From contig CM022673.1 of the NCBI GenBank assembly GCA_012295275.1, forward strand, positions 26,722,001 to 26,786,000: 64,000 bases of DNA, in the 5' to 3' direction. Every line of letters starts with the position of its first letter. Position 1 is the first letter of the stretch. The notes beneath the pieces were generated by a model that was not told the DNA's origin, searched no databases, and was given only the letters and a program-made list of their open reading frames with translations. Origin of the DNA: Chrysomallon squamiferum. Its lineage: Eukaryota; Animalia; Mollusca. Positions 1 to 11,956 of the stretch are shown here, in pieces. The position numbers and the translations under genes are program-made.

Positions 1-636
1 CATTTAAAAAAAAAAAAAAAAAAGTTAAATTATTCTTTTGTCATCTTTATTTGTTTATATATTTACTTATTTACTTACTTATTTATGTCTATATTATTAT
101 TATTATGTTAAAACCTATGAAACAGCATTTAAAGACATCACGTGGGAGTTAATGGTTTAAAGTAATAAAATGAATAGTTCATCACATCTGTTACTCAACA
201 GTTGTTAAAACAGTATAAAACTGAACGTTAATTAAACAGTTTTAGAATTAATTTTCCTCTGATCTTTCACTTATGCATGTAGAATAATTATTTTAAATTA
301 ATAAATAAAATAATTTTTTTACATGTCATGTTCTGTATGCATAAATATCCATGTTTGATAAATCTATTTTTAAATTCTACCAAAAATAATAATAATAAAT
401 GTGTTAGAACACTTGAAATATAAAATAAATTTGTTATGTTTTTATTGATGTGCTTTATAAAACAACATTTTTTACTACAATATGCTGAAACAAGAATAAT
501 TATTATTTCTGTATTTGCTAACATGTATTCTCTGTTGATTAATTTTAAATTCATTTCTGATGATTTTAAATTATTTATTTATACAAAAACTGAACTTAAA
601 TGTGCTAAATTATTTTAAGTATAAAAATGTACTTAC

Positions 637-668
637 GATAAATCGCCATCACAGTATTCTGATAAAAC
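637..668 (-). CDS. Second coding exon (32 nt; VLSEYCDGDL+TC) of the same gene
   Basis: Flanked by a ttttttccag acceptor (AG at 669-670) and a GTAAGT donor (631-636). It is open in the phase set by exon 1. VLS|EYC is a plausible signal-peptidase site followed by a Cys-containing ectodomain. The family cannot be assigned from this much sequence. Confidence 0.8.
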
Positions 669-1440
669 CTGGAAAAAAAAAAAATAATAATAAAAAATAA
701 ACAACAAAACAAAAACTTGACCATATTTAAAATATTTCCAGACTAGTACCACCTACTAGACTTGTTTTTCATTAAATATCAAAATTTCAGTACAAGAAGA
801 AAGAATTTTGATAGTTTTGTTGAGTTTAAATGAATCTAGTCTGTTTATATTACGTTTTTAATATCTGCAGCAGCTGTAAAGAAAAATATACAGTAAATCC
901 TTAATAAAAGGGTAGACCTAAAGTTGGCTAAAGTGTATGATTACACTTTTCCGAAATATTAAGTTCAGGAAATCCTTAAAATAGTTATACTAATCATGAT
1001 CATGTGATTATTGTGAAATTATCTAACTTTTGGGTTCACAATTTACATATTACCATGAATGATATTATTGATATTTTTGAAAAGGTATCAACAAACGTGC
1101 CCTTAATAAAGACGCTAATACTTTACTATAATAATGTTTATTAATTATTCAATTAATAAATTATTCATTTTACTGTGTAATCAAATTATAATAATATAAG
1201 GTAATAATAATGACACAATTTAGCAAAGTCCGTTATTATCCTTTTAAAAGCACATATTTAACATGATAAAAAATTATTTCGTGTTCATTCAATTAGTATT
1301 TAACTATTTATTAATAACGACATCATCGTCGTTAAGACTGTTATGCTGTCATTATGTCATTTGTTCACTCAATTAGTGAATTACTGCGACTATTTTTTTT
1401 TTATTATTCTTTCGTCAGACACCAATAGGGTTTCACCTAC

Positions 1441-1509
1441 CTGTTCGAATTCTTGTAAAATAAGGAAAACTAAAAGATAGAGAATATGTGTGACGTCTTT
1501 GAACGTCAT
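1441..1509 (-). CDS. First coding exon (signal peptide) of an unidentified secreted or membrane protein; the gene continues past the left edge of the window
   Basis: The minus strand reads cttcaaaATG (invertebrate CAAA-ATG context), then MTFKDVTHILYLLVFLILQEFEQ with a hydrophobic core, then a CAG|GTAGGT donor (phase 0). It joins in frame to the exon at 637-668. Confidence 0.8.
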
Positions 1510-1549
1510 TTTGAAGTTTATATTTGAGAATTAACCACTTCTAGCTCTA

Positions 1550-1565
1550 CTGCGAAAAAGACTGA
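1550..1565 (-). promoter_or_regulatory. Inr-like TCAGTC and/or splice acceptor (tctttttcgcag) about 40-55 nt upstream of the ATG
   Basis: The minus strand reads ctcgtTCAGTCtttttcgcAG. This could be the transcription start of the left gene or the acceptor for an upstream UTR exon. Confidence 0.4.
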
Positions 1566-2366
1566 ACGAGAAACAGTTTTCTTTTTCTATTTCCGATTTT
1601 CTACCACACCTTGACCTTCATAAAAGTCTCGATAACCAAACAGTTATTACGTGCCAATAAAACGCATCGCCACGTTATGAAACACCGGTAGTGACATACC
1701 CAATTTTATTTACTTCCACTGACTGATTACCGAAAAGCGCATAACAGTTAGCACGTAATCGCTAATGAGTTTTTATTATTATTTAGTATTCATTACTTTA
1801 TTTTATTTACTTTTTTTTTCTTTTTTCTTTTAATATTATGGGTCTTTGGTCTGAAAAAATAGTGTTCTAAGTTCATATACCATATAAGGACGTATTTCTA
1901 AAAAATATATATGAATTATTTTATTTATTTATTTTGTTTTATTTTATTTTATTATTTTAAATATTTACATGGTGATATTTTATATGACATACAGTGGTAT
2001 CTGAATTGTGCCGAGCAAAAATGTCCCACATCGCATGCGTACCGTCTTGAAGGGACAAAAATAACAGAATATTTTTTAAACATATGTACAACCTTCATTC
2101 ACACGCACCACACCAGCACCCACAACTAACATACATTGTCGTGGCTGGGCATTGTAATAGCAAGCATTACGGCTTTCTCCTAAAACACAGTTGCAAATAT
2201 ATCAAATTCACTGATGAATGCAAATAAAACATATTTTGCATGTCATAAAAACTCATATTTATGCAAATATTGGGTTTGAAACCCAAATAGAGCTCTAATT
2301 TGTTCCAGCCGCGCATAAACTGTGGAATGAGGTTGAACTACTCAAATATCAAATTCTGTACCAAAT

Positions 2367-2367
<1 letters not shown>

Positions 2368-2419
<52 letters not shown>
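2368..2419. repeat. (GA)n microsatellite
   Basis: Pure GA run. Similar runs at ~4285-4360, 14960-15010 (CT), 26713-26737 and 43873-43975. Confidence 0.95.
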
Positions 2420-2421
<2 letters not shown>

Positions 2422-3265
2422 GTGTAAAAATGTGTATTTAATTTGCTGCGATTCCCAAAACAAGGCTGCCTTTGCTGAAAACAACAAAAACCAGTCTAAT
2501 CTTTTTGTTGCCTCAGTTGAAACAAAATTCATTAAAGACTGGGTCCCTGTTAAACTCTTTAAAAAGTCTGTAGATTTAATTTCTGCTGAAACTATGCCTA
2601 CAATTTAATATAGTAACACGAATCTGACCTGGGAATCTTATCGTTATAATCGTCATCATTGTCATCATCATTATTATCATTACTGCTGATGCTGTATTTT
2701 TATTTATTTATTTATTTTTGTTACTGATCTTGTTGTTCGTTCGTTATGTTCGTTCGTAACATTTACGTAAGATTAGGAAATCGTTGCTATGCCATGGACT
2801 ATGCTTACAGATTACCATCAATACATTTTTTGTACATATGTGCACTCCAGACGGACATATCATATACTTCTGTTTCTCATAAACTAGGCAATGAAACCGT
2901 TATTGCAGAATAGAAAGTAATACACTCAGCACATTATTACCTTCGTTTTTTCTTTCCCACAATCGAAATAATAATAATAATAATAATGACTGTTATTATT
3001 ATTGTTAATATTACTATTATTATTGTTATTATTATTATTTATTATTATTATTTTATTTTGATGACGATAATAGTAATTAATATATTAAAAATTATTTTAT
3101 AAATAAATTAAAAACTTAGCTGAGTACATTTATTTAGTTATTTATTTATATTTATATATATATTTTTTTTTCACTCCCTTATTCAGTGACAGAACTTAAA
3201 ATAATAATAATAATAATAATAAATATAACAATAAGAAGAAGAAGAAGAAATTAATTTTGTTTAAG

Positions 3266-3269
<4 letters not shown>

Positions 3270-3323
<54 letters not shown>
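3270..3323. repeat. (TTA)n microsatellite
   Basis: Pure TTA run. Other TTA/TAA arrays at ~3810-3930, 17360-17437, 24290-24333, 30500-30545, 34535-34578, 40190-40237, 54710-54736 and 58500-58556. Confidence 0.95.
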
Positions 3324-3324
<1 letters not shown>

Positions 3325-3684
3325 TGTCATTTCGAGGTTTCCGATTCAAGCGAGCGAGTTCGTGCGGGATGGTAAAACTGCAGGAATCAATTCAACTCGA
3401 ATTACTGCTGTTGTAACGAGAACCGTCCAATACGATAACACGTGGAACGAACGTTTCATTCTCCGTCTTTTTGCTCCGTTGATTTGATTGAACTTTTCGG
3501 CAGTCACTTGAAATTAAAGGAAATAAACTTGTTCGATTCTTGTCTCCATTGATTAGTGGTCTCTACGAAAGAAACAACATATGTTCAGCTGGCATTCGGG
3601 TCAATAGTTGAAGCCGTGGATAAACTGAATAAATACCAAAATGTAAAATTACCGCAGAACATGAAAAAAATTCAAAAGCTTGAA

Positions 3685-3721
<37 letters not shown>

Positions 3722-3810
3722 TATTTTATCGATTGCTTTCAGGAACAGCAATAATTTTCAGCATCCGAAATATAATCTATATCCTCATGATGATGATGAT
3801 GATGATGATG

Positions 3811-3848
<38 letters not shown>

Positions 3849-3871
3849 CTTTTTTTTTTTGTTTTGTTTTG

Positions 3872-3907
<36 letters not shown>

Positions 3908-4280
3908 ATTATTATTATTATTATTATTATTTTTATTTTTTTATTTTTTATATATATATATCTTCTGTAATTTCTCAGATATTTCACATGGAGTCATTTT
4001 AAAAATACACTTTACGGGGAGGGGGATAAAAGTATCACGTAATATTTAATGACATTGATCTCAGCTCTGTCCCACATCAATGCTTGCTATTAGGACGACA
4101 CAAATGAACATTAACGTTTGGGGATTAACGCCTTCAGACAAAACTTAATGGCTATATAACACTTAAAACAAAGATAATGCGAAGTCAGAGAGCCTTTATT
4201 TCAGAAATTTCAGAAACTCTGAGACAAATGTTTAAACAACATTGTGAAAGGTTCGAGTTAATTAAGTAAAGAAAAAAAAA

Positions 4281-4364
<84 letters not shown>

Positions 4365-5992
4365 CAAAACAAAAAACATAAAATAAAATCAATATTTTGG
4401 TTATAAATCTGAAACCAGTACAAATCATACTGTTTAATACTGGCAACATTTAACAGCCCCCAATCTCAAATTACACAGTCTTCTTTCTTTCTGTCTTTTT
4501 TTTTTTCTTCTCGTAATACTTTACTTTGTCTGTCAGACCATCAAGAAAACAAATTTACTATCACTTCAAACATCATACCAGTGATTAAGTTGAAAGCTAT
4601 CTGCGCGAGAAAATGTTCTCTTTGACGGCAAGGTTATTCCAGCTATATTTACACGAAGTCGATAGAAAAACGTCTTGCGAGCGATTCCTGACTGCTTCGT
4701 AAAGCCGAATTCCCGATCGGCGTATAATAATAAGAAGGAGAGTTAATATGTGTTACCAAGGCCTATTCTGCCTCGCGCTTGTAATATCTCATTTTCATTG
4801 ACAATAAAACAGTATCGACTAAACAGTAAAGACATTCTTTAGCGACAGATTATCGTCTTTTACGCATTCGCTATTCCCTTGATAAGCGAGTATACGGACC
4901 AGGACAAATGACATCTTGAAATAATACGTTTATGTTGAACCGTTCCTTTCTTTTCAAATATCGAATCGTTATAAGTTATATTAATGTAACCAATAAGTTC
5001 CAGTCCATACTATAGAAGAGTAACAGCCAGTACAGTAAAAAAAAAAAAAAGAGGAAGAAACGGTAATGTAAAATATTATGGAACCTTTTCTCATAGTTGT
5101 AATAACGGAATATGTTTAATAAAAACTTCTAAACCAGTCCGTTTAGTACCATTTAGTTCAGCGTTCTTGTGATTATTTGTGATCAGCATAATGGTTACAT
5201 TATGTATTCTTCATTAATTAATCAGTACTAGAAAAGTTAACAATTTTGTATTTTAATTAATAAAAGAAGAACGCTAAATTGTAGTTAGAAAAGTTAATTT
5301 TTGGAGGGGGCACATTCTTTGTTGTTGCTCTTATTGTTCTTGTTCTTATCCTTGTTCTTCTTCTTCTTGTTCTTCTATTCATCATCATCATCATCTTCTT
5401 CTTCTTCTTCGTCTTCTTCTTCTTATTATGTTGTTGTTGTTGTTTATACTATATCAGATTTATCTGAGAATGTGAATCAAATTTATGAACATATTGAGCG
5501 GAGTCGTAAAAAATGTTAACTACATCAAATATTTCAGCTGTTGTTATGGTAATATCCACTATCATATAAATAAAGAATACACGTCATAACTGTGCCTACA
5601 TGTGATTGCGAAATTACCATCAAGAACATTTAAAAGTTAGCTAATTTCAATAAGAAGATTTGGGTTAATATATTATTTAGTAACACACACACAGTGACAC
5701 ATTCCAAAACACAGCACAGGCAAATATAAACAGCTATCATACATATACAACATTTACAAACAAACCGCATACAAATATCACTTTGGAGACCTATTAACTT
5801 CCACCTCTTTGCTCAACAATAGATTCATAATTTAATTTTTTTTTTTTTTTTTTTTTTTTCTGTAAATAAATGGCACGGAACTGCCAGTGAACGAAAACGA
5901 AAGCATGGACTTCGCTATTTTAATATGAAAAGAAACATTAATAATGAAATAAGAGTCTAAACCACATCAGGAGAGTAATGTTCTGGAAATTT

Positions 5993-6219
5993 TTATTGTC
6001 CCAAAGACAATAGCAGCTTCACGACTACGACTCTGGTTGGAGTGAGTGGCTGTTTTTCAATATTCTCTTGACGCACGACTGGTAAGACGCATGGTTTTGT
6101 TTTTAAGATCGTATTGGTATTTAGATTGTTTTTCCGATCATTTTTTGGTATTTTAGATTGTTTTATATTATGACGGCTAGCCATATGAAATATAGATATT
6201 GTACGATCCTCAGGTTTAT
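5993..6219 (-). other. Candidate exon containing a 63-aa ORF (MASRHNIKQ...LLLSLGQ)
   Basis: ttttcag acceptor at 6220-6226, an open non-repetitive frame down to TAA at 5993, AATAAA overlapping the stop, and a candidate partner donor GTAAGC at 6865-6870. No recognisable protein family. Confidence 0.3.
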
Positions 6220-7149
6220 CTGAAAATATTTTTAAAAACCGTCATACTATATTATAGTTAAGATTATCGTATGTGTGTGCGTGCGAGTTGTGAAGTTTTG
6301 CGTGTACGTAGCTCATTCTGTGTTTACGTCATTTCGGACATTAAAACAATTATAAAATATATGTAGACCGATGCTGTGGTAATTTCATATTAAAATCGTT
6401 ATACTTTATTCATGGTGTGACCAGGGTTATTTTAATACTCTGTATTAAAACCATTATTCACTGTATAATTGACGTTATCGTTATTTTAACAATATATTAT
6501 AACCATTAATACAGAGTATCATATAACCTAACATCAAGGTTTGTAGCGCGACGTTAGGGTTATTTGATTCTGTGTATGTTAAAAGCACATCATACAAACT
6601 TGTAATAGAAGTGAGGGTTGTTAGTTTATAGTAAAATCAATATACTGTAAATGAAAACTGGTTAGTGTTGTTTAATATAATGCAATAAACTTAACATCGT
6701 TACATATAGATACTTAATATAATTATGCTATGTGTTACTTCATATTTTATTACGGTTATTTATATACAATGATATGTAGACATTATTATACAATATATTT
6801 AACTGCCGTCGATGGGAGCTGAACCAGAATCCTCGGAATCTGAATCAAGTGGCATTTCATCAGAGCTTACATATGGAAATTCTCGGTAGCCATTGACATA
6901 AATGGCCACTTTATACTTTACACGACCACACTTGTAAAAACACTGGATGATGTCAAAACGGCTGTCAGATTTCAGAAATCAATCACACGGGAACGACTTC
7001 TGATTGAGCCGCTTAAGAGAATCGAGCCATTATCTCCAAAATGTCGCAAATTCGCGGTCTAGATTGCTCGCAATTAAGAAAATTGTCCCTCTGAGCGTTT
7101 GGGTAAGAGTCGCGGATTTCCGTGATACACGTTTAAAACGCTCGGTTAT

Positions 7150-7180
7150 TGACGTCAAAATGATCCCCCAAGTGACGTCT
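7150..7180. promoter_or_regulatory. Tandem CRE/ATF-type sites
   Basis: Perfect TGACGTCA at 7150-7157 and TGACGTCT at 7173-7180, inside one of the most CpG-dense stretches. Confidence 0.45.
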
Positions 7181-8829
7181 GCTCATATGATTATATTAAT
7201 TTGAAAAACAAAACAAAACAAAAATGAAAGCATGCACTGTCAGTTATTAAACATAAATATAAATGACACCCTTTTAAAGCTAGATTTAAGATAATGATGA
7301 ATGGATTACGGTAATAACACGTTTTTAAAAAAAATGTATTTCGTGCAGAACGTACGAAATGATTCCATCAGTATATTATTGATTTGACGCATTAACGAAA
7401 ACTACATACATTACCACATTAAATTATACAACGAGACACAGTATAATGTAATATACATGTACAGGATCGCATGTTGAATGAAATGTTTATGAATATATGC
7501 AGTGAACACTAAAAATGATTTCACAATTATTTGTTGTATCTCATTCCATACTGTTAATCTTGAAAGATCTTAATTCAGCGTTTTGACAAAATAAATATAC
7601 GTATTTAATTCAGTTATTAAACTATTTACATTTTGTTATTTCATGAAATAAATACATATAACCTTTTATCTTATGAAATGAAGCTGATGTCTTTTATTGT
7701 AACTCTCATTTCAAATGGCTTGTAAAACACCAAGGCAAATAATTAAATAAACATACATCTATATTACCTGTTTTATTTATATATATATATATATATATTC
7801 TAACATAATTATACTCAAGAACAGAATTGTACGTATAAAGTTGATCAGATTTCTTTTACATTTAGTCGCAAGTATGCGGCACATATTTATGTTTGCATAT
7901 TTGTTTATATATTGGCGCTTATATATTTGCATGCATTTAAATATGAAAATAGATATTTGTTATTTCAATCAAAAATTCCTTGCTTTACCGACGTATCTGC
8001 ATAAACGATTTTACATTCATCTTTTCCTTTTGGTAACACGTATTTTTAAACCAAACACAAAGACGTAGAGAAGTGAAGATTGCATTGTTTGAGTGTGTTC
8101 AGTTTGGGTGAGCCACTAGCACTGAATATAAGCTTCTACGTATGTAAAAAATGTTTAAAAAAAAAAAAAAAATGTTAAATTATATTAGTTGAAGACCCTC
8201 CGGACAGGAATTTTTTGTTTTCGTAACAAGCGTCTCTTGCCCTTTGCTTTTCTAATAACGTACAGAAGTGTTAAAGAGACCTGCACAAAGAAATCGACTG
8301 TTGTAATCTACTTAACTTTGATAGAGTGGCTGAATTTAAACGGAATTTAATTATAGAAATCTCGCGAACCTCTTGACTGATCACAAATAGATGTGCCTGG
8401 GTCAGAGTATATTAGTGAAGTAATCAAAAGGTAATTTAGAACATCGCTAATAAATGCGAGTCATTCTAGTCTATTTCAGACCAGCATCGAGATTTCCGAT
8501 TCATACCGTCATCGACTTATTTTTCGTTTATTATCCAAAGAAATGTTCAACATGGACATGTTATCCTCATGGACATGTTATCCAGCAAATGTCCTTTACT
8601 GTTTAATTTTTTTAATATTTAAAGATATTTAATGTTAGCGTTCAGCGATTATTATTTAATATTTTTTCACATTAACGATAATTCTATTTGATTCATCATT
8701 ATCATAATCATACTGCTAATATTATTATTATGCTACTTCTACAATAAACTACCACAACTCTACCCGGATAAACCATTAAAGATATATATATAGAGAGAGA
8801 CAGAGGTAGAGAGGTAAGTGTCGCTAACA

Positions 8830-9230
8830 GTGCGTTTTAAATTCCTCCTTTATTTCTGAAAGAGCTAATACATCTGCTACAGAAGCTTAACTGCTGGCAC
8901 AAGTTCCTGAAACATGGGCTGTTTAGGCCATTCTGTATATCAGCTTTCTGATGTTATTTCTGCGCTGTAGATGATACAACAATGCCATACAAATACAGAT
9001 CGTTCATACAGTTCGCCAAAATTTTACATATTATCTATTCTGGTGCTCCACTTTGAATGAGGGAATTTCAAATAAGGAAGAGCAAAGGGAGTAAATAAGG
9101 AGCACTGACTTTAAATGAACGCTAAATTCATCTTTAAAAGATAGACTTAACGTCGTATATCAATATTATCGAAGGACCAAAAGAATAACCAGAAGACAAT
9201 GTGAATTTTTGAAAAAAATGTGGAAGATCT
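8830..9230 (+). other. Putative first exon of a large plus-strand gene (start position approximate)
   Basis: Ends aaaATGTGGAAGATCT|GTAAGT (donor 9231-9236) and lies at the right edge of the CpG-rich domain. A second GTAAGT occurs at 8814-8819. Confidence 0.5.
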
Positions 9231-11686
9231 GTAAGTTTTATTTAGCTTAGAGAGCTAGTTATTGTTGTAGAAACGCACGTTTTCGTACGCATCTGCTAGT
9301 AAATTCTGACGTGTTTACTAAATAGAACAAAAAAAAAGAAAAAAAAAAAAAAAAAAAAAAAGAAAGAAAAAGCATAGGAAATACTGTAAAATAAATAAAT
9401 AAATAAAATTTCGTTCTTATACGTTTTCACAGTAATACTTGGAATACATTAGGAAATATTAGTGTTAAACGACATGTCAAAGTAAATATTTCCTTATTCA
9501 GTTAGTGTGAACAATAAATTTATATTTTTGTGATTCTGATTCAGTGATGGCAGATCTTTGACTTTGTTCTATTCAGTGTCTTACACAACACACAGTAAAA
9601 TTATGATTAGACATGTAACAGAGTCAGTGTCGTTGACAGTAAGATCAAGTAAATAAATAATACTTTGAAATGTATTTTACAAAAATCATTTTAAAAGATT
9701 TTGGAAATTTCTAGAAATTTAAATAAAAAACGGAGAGTGTGGCCAAAATATCTTTTTGATTATAACAGTTTTCTCCTGATTAGTTCTTTAAAAGGAAAAC
9801 AGATTAAATATATATATATATTATATATATATATTATTATCTTTTCATTTTCATCCAGCAAGGAAAATGATCATAAATGTAATTTATTTATGAAAAGAAC
9901 TGTAAGAGTCATTTGCAAAATTGGTTTTGATATTAGGAATAACATATTTTTTGTATCTGTATAATTTTTATTATTTATGCTTCATTTTAGTTTGCTGATA
10001 ACAAAGTCTAACAATAAAATAATCATTTTAAAAAAGTTTACAGAATATATTATTGCTAGAATTGTTATAATTTATTCATGTTGACAAACAATAATGTTAA
10101 AATCCATGACTGTTATGATAATATCCGTTTTATTTATAATTTTATAGATATTAGATATGAAAGGAAAAATAAAAGAAACAACATTATGGTTATATTTTGA
10201 TTTAAATCATAAATGTATTGAAAAGATAATAATAAATTATGAATGTACTGAATAAATAATTATTTCCTGTTTACTATGATATATTTTTCTGTAATAAAGA
10301 ATGAAGAATATAAATAGCTTTTATTTTAAAAAAAATTTGTTTTATTATCAAGGAACCACTGTATTTTTTTATTTAAAATGTCAGTGTTTTATTAAGAAAA
10401 AACACCCAGTGACATACAGAGATTTTTCAGTTCTGAATGGCTAAATGTTTTTTATACGAATAACAACAAACACAAAGGTTATAACAGTTTATTTTAACTA
10501 TTTACATGATAAATTGCAGTCTAGTCATCTTGTGTTTGTTTCATTTTTTTTTTTTCTTTTTCTTGCTTTCACTCAGTATAGAAGTAGACTGTTTAGAAAA
10601 AGTTATTAAGTTGTCAACATGATCTTGACTTTAATAATAATACAGAACACAGTTCTGTTAATTAAATCTCTGCATGCCCTCATCAAAAACTGCTTATCAT
10701 GATTTACTGTTGTGTACTGGTCACTGACTTGTGTTCATAACAAGTTGTATGGAAATTAGTAAACAAAATTTTGCATTAAAACATTTTAATAGGATTTTTC
10801 TCCATGTAAGATGTCAAGGCAGACAGCACAGGATTGTCTTTGTTTTTGTTTTTTTAAAGAACTTGGCTTTTCAGTAGAATATTTTTCATATGTCTTGAAA
10901 TTACTTTGCAGTATTTTGCTATTATATATCTTAACTCTGTTGTTAAGAGTAATTAAAGCATTAGGTAGTTCAATAACAGGCTAGAACTTTTAGTTTTTCT
11001 TGTAAAAGATTCTGACTGTGTTAAATGTGATTTTGGATTATGTAGTTATTGTTTGAGACTAATGGAAATTAGAAAACACAGCATTTTATTGTAAAATGAG
11101 GCAAAAACAATGTTCAAGAAATCAAGATAACTTAGATCCTTTTGATAAAGTTTAATCAATTTTTATTTAAAAAAAAAAATTTTTTTTGTTTTGTTTTTAC
11201 AGTCATATATTTTAAGCTTTTGAAAAAGCTTCAAAAGAATCTTCTTATGAGACAGGTTACAGAAAGCATCATAGATTCCTTTTCCATGATAACATCTCAG
11301 CATATCTGATGGTATTTTCAGCATTACAAAATGTAAAGTAAAATGTTTAGTATAACTATAAAGCACCATTTTACATATTGATAAATCTGATATATTTTAA
11401 CCAATGAGCAATCCTTTGCTTTATTACCTTCAAGTACGATAATGAGCCAATTTATTACAGCTATATTTTATGCAAATTACTTTTATCAGTTGCAGTTCTA
11501 TGATTTTGTAGGATGTTTCAGAATTCTTTTTTTATCTGATGTTATTATCTTGACATTTTAAGGAGAACAGCTGCAAACACAGTCACAAAATCTGTGACAG
11601 TGGCAGGTTGGCATAAAATTCTTTGATTGTTTGTTCCTGGAAATAGCAAACTTACAAAGACTAAAACAAGTTATGGATATAAAGTA

Positions 11687-11956
11687 CAGTTTGAGGATCC
11701 CTTCTCTGGAATTCTAAAATACAAAACCTTTTCTGAGCAGCAGAAATAATAATATATTTCAGTTTTTGGACTTTGTTTAATATTATTTTTTTTTAAATAT
11801 TATTTAAGAAATCTGTTAGTGCAAGTTGTATATGAAAAATAAATGGAACTCATATTTAGATGTAGATTCTATCTCATGCTATATCCTTATATTCCAAATT
11901 CCAAAATCCAAAACATTTCTGGTCCCAAGCATTTCAGATAAAGGATTCTCAACATG
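11687..11956. mobile_element. pogo/Tigger-type MITE (Tigger4/Zombi/MER46-like), 270 bp, TA target-site duplication
   Basis: TA|CAGTTTGAGGATCCCTTCTCTGGAAT ... ATTTCAGATAAAGGATTCTCAACATG|TA; the terminal inverted repeats match at 20/26 positions. The right end (AATCCAAAACATTTCTGGTCCCAAGCATTTCAGATAAAGGATTCTCAACATG) resembles the Tigger4/MER46 terminus as I recall it. Confidence 0.8.

Larger units (their letters stand above)
1300..9470. promoter_or_regulatory. CpG-rich (putatively unmethylated) intergenic/promoter domain between divergent genes
   Basis: CG dinucleotides are visibly frequent here (e.g. 3330-3560, 4600-4900, 6950-7180, 8330-8530) and rare after ~9.5 kb. Not counted computationally. 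Confidence 0.65.

Noticed and set aside
889-1130. Tc1/pogo MITE (TACAGTAAATCCTTAATAAAAGGG ... CCCTTAATAAAG..TTTACTATA)
   Set aside because: The inverted match is too interrupted to support without a genome-wide consensus.
6804-6870. tRNA gene on the minus strand (B-box-like GGTTCAGCTCC)
   Set aside because: No cloverleaf or acceptor stem and a weak A-box. At most a decayed SINE head, and it overlaps a candidate intron start.
6871-6961. Minus-strand coding exon RFDIIQCFYKCGRVKYKVAIYVNGYREFPY
   Set aside because: There is an in-frame stop just upstream, the acceptor is weak, and its phase does not join the long frame of the 6219 exon.
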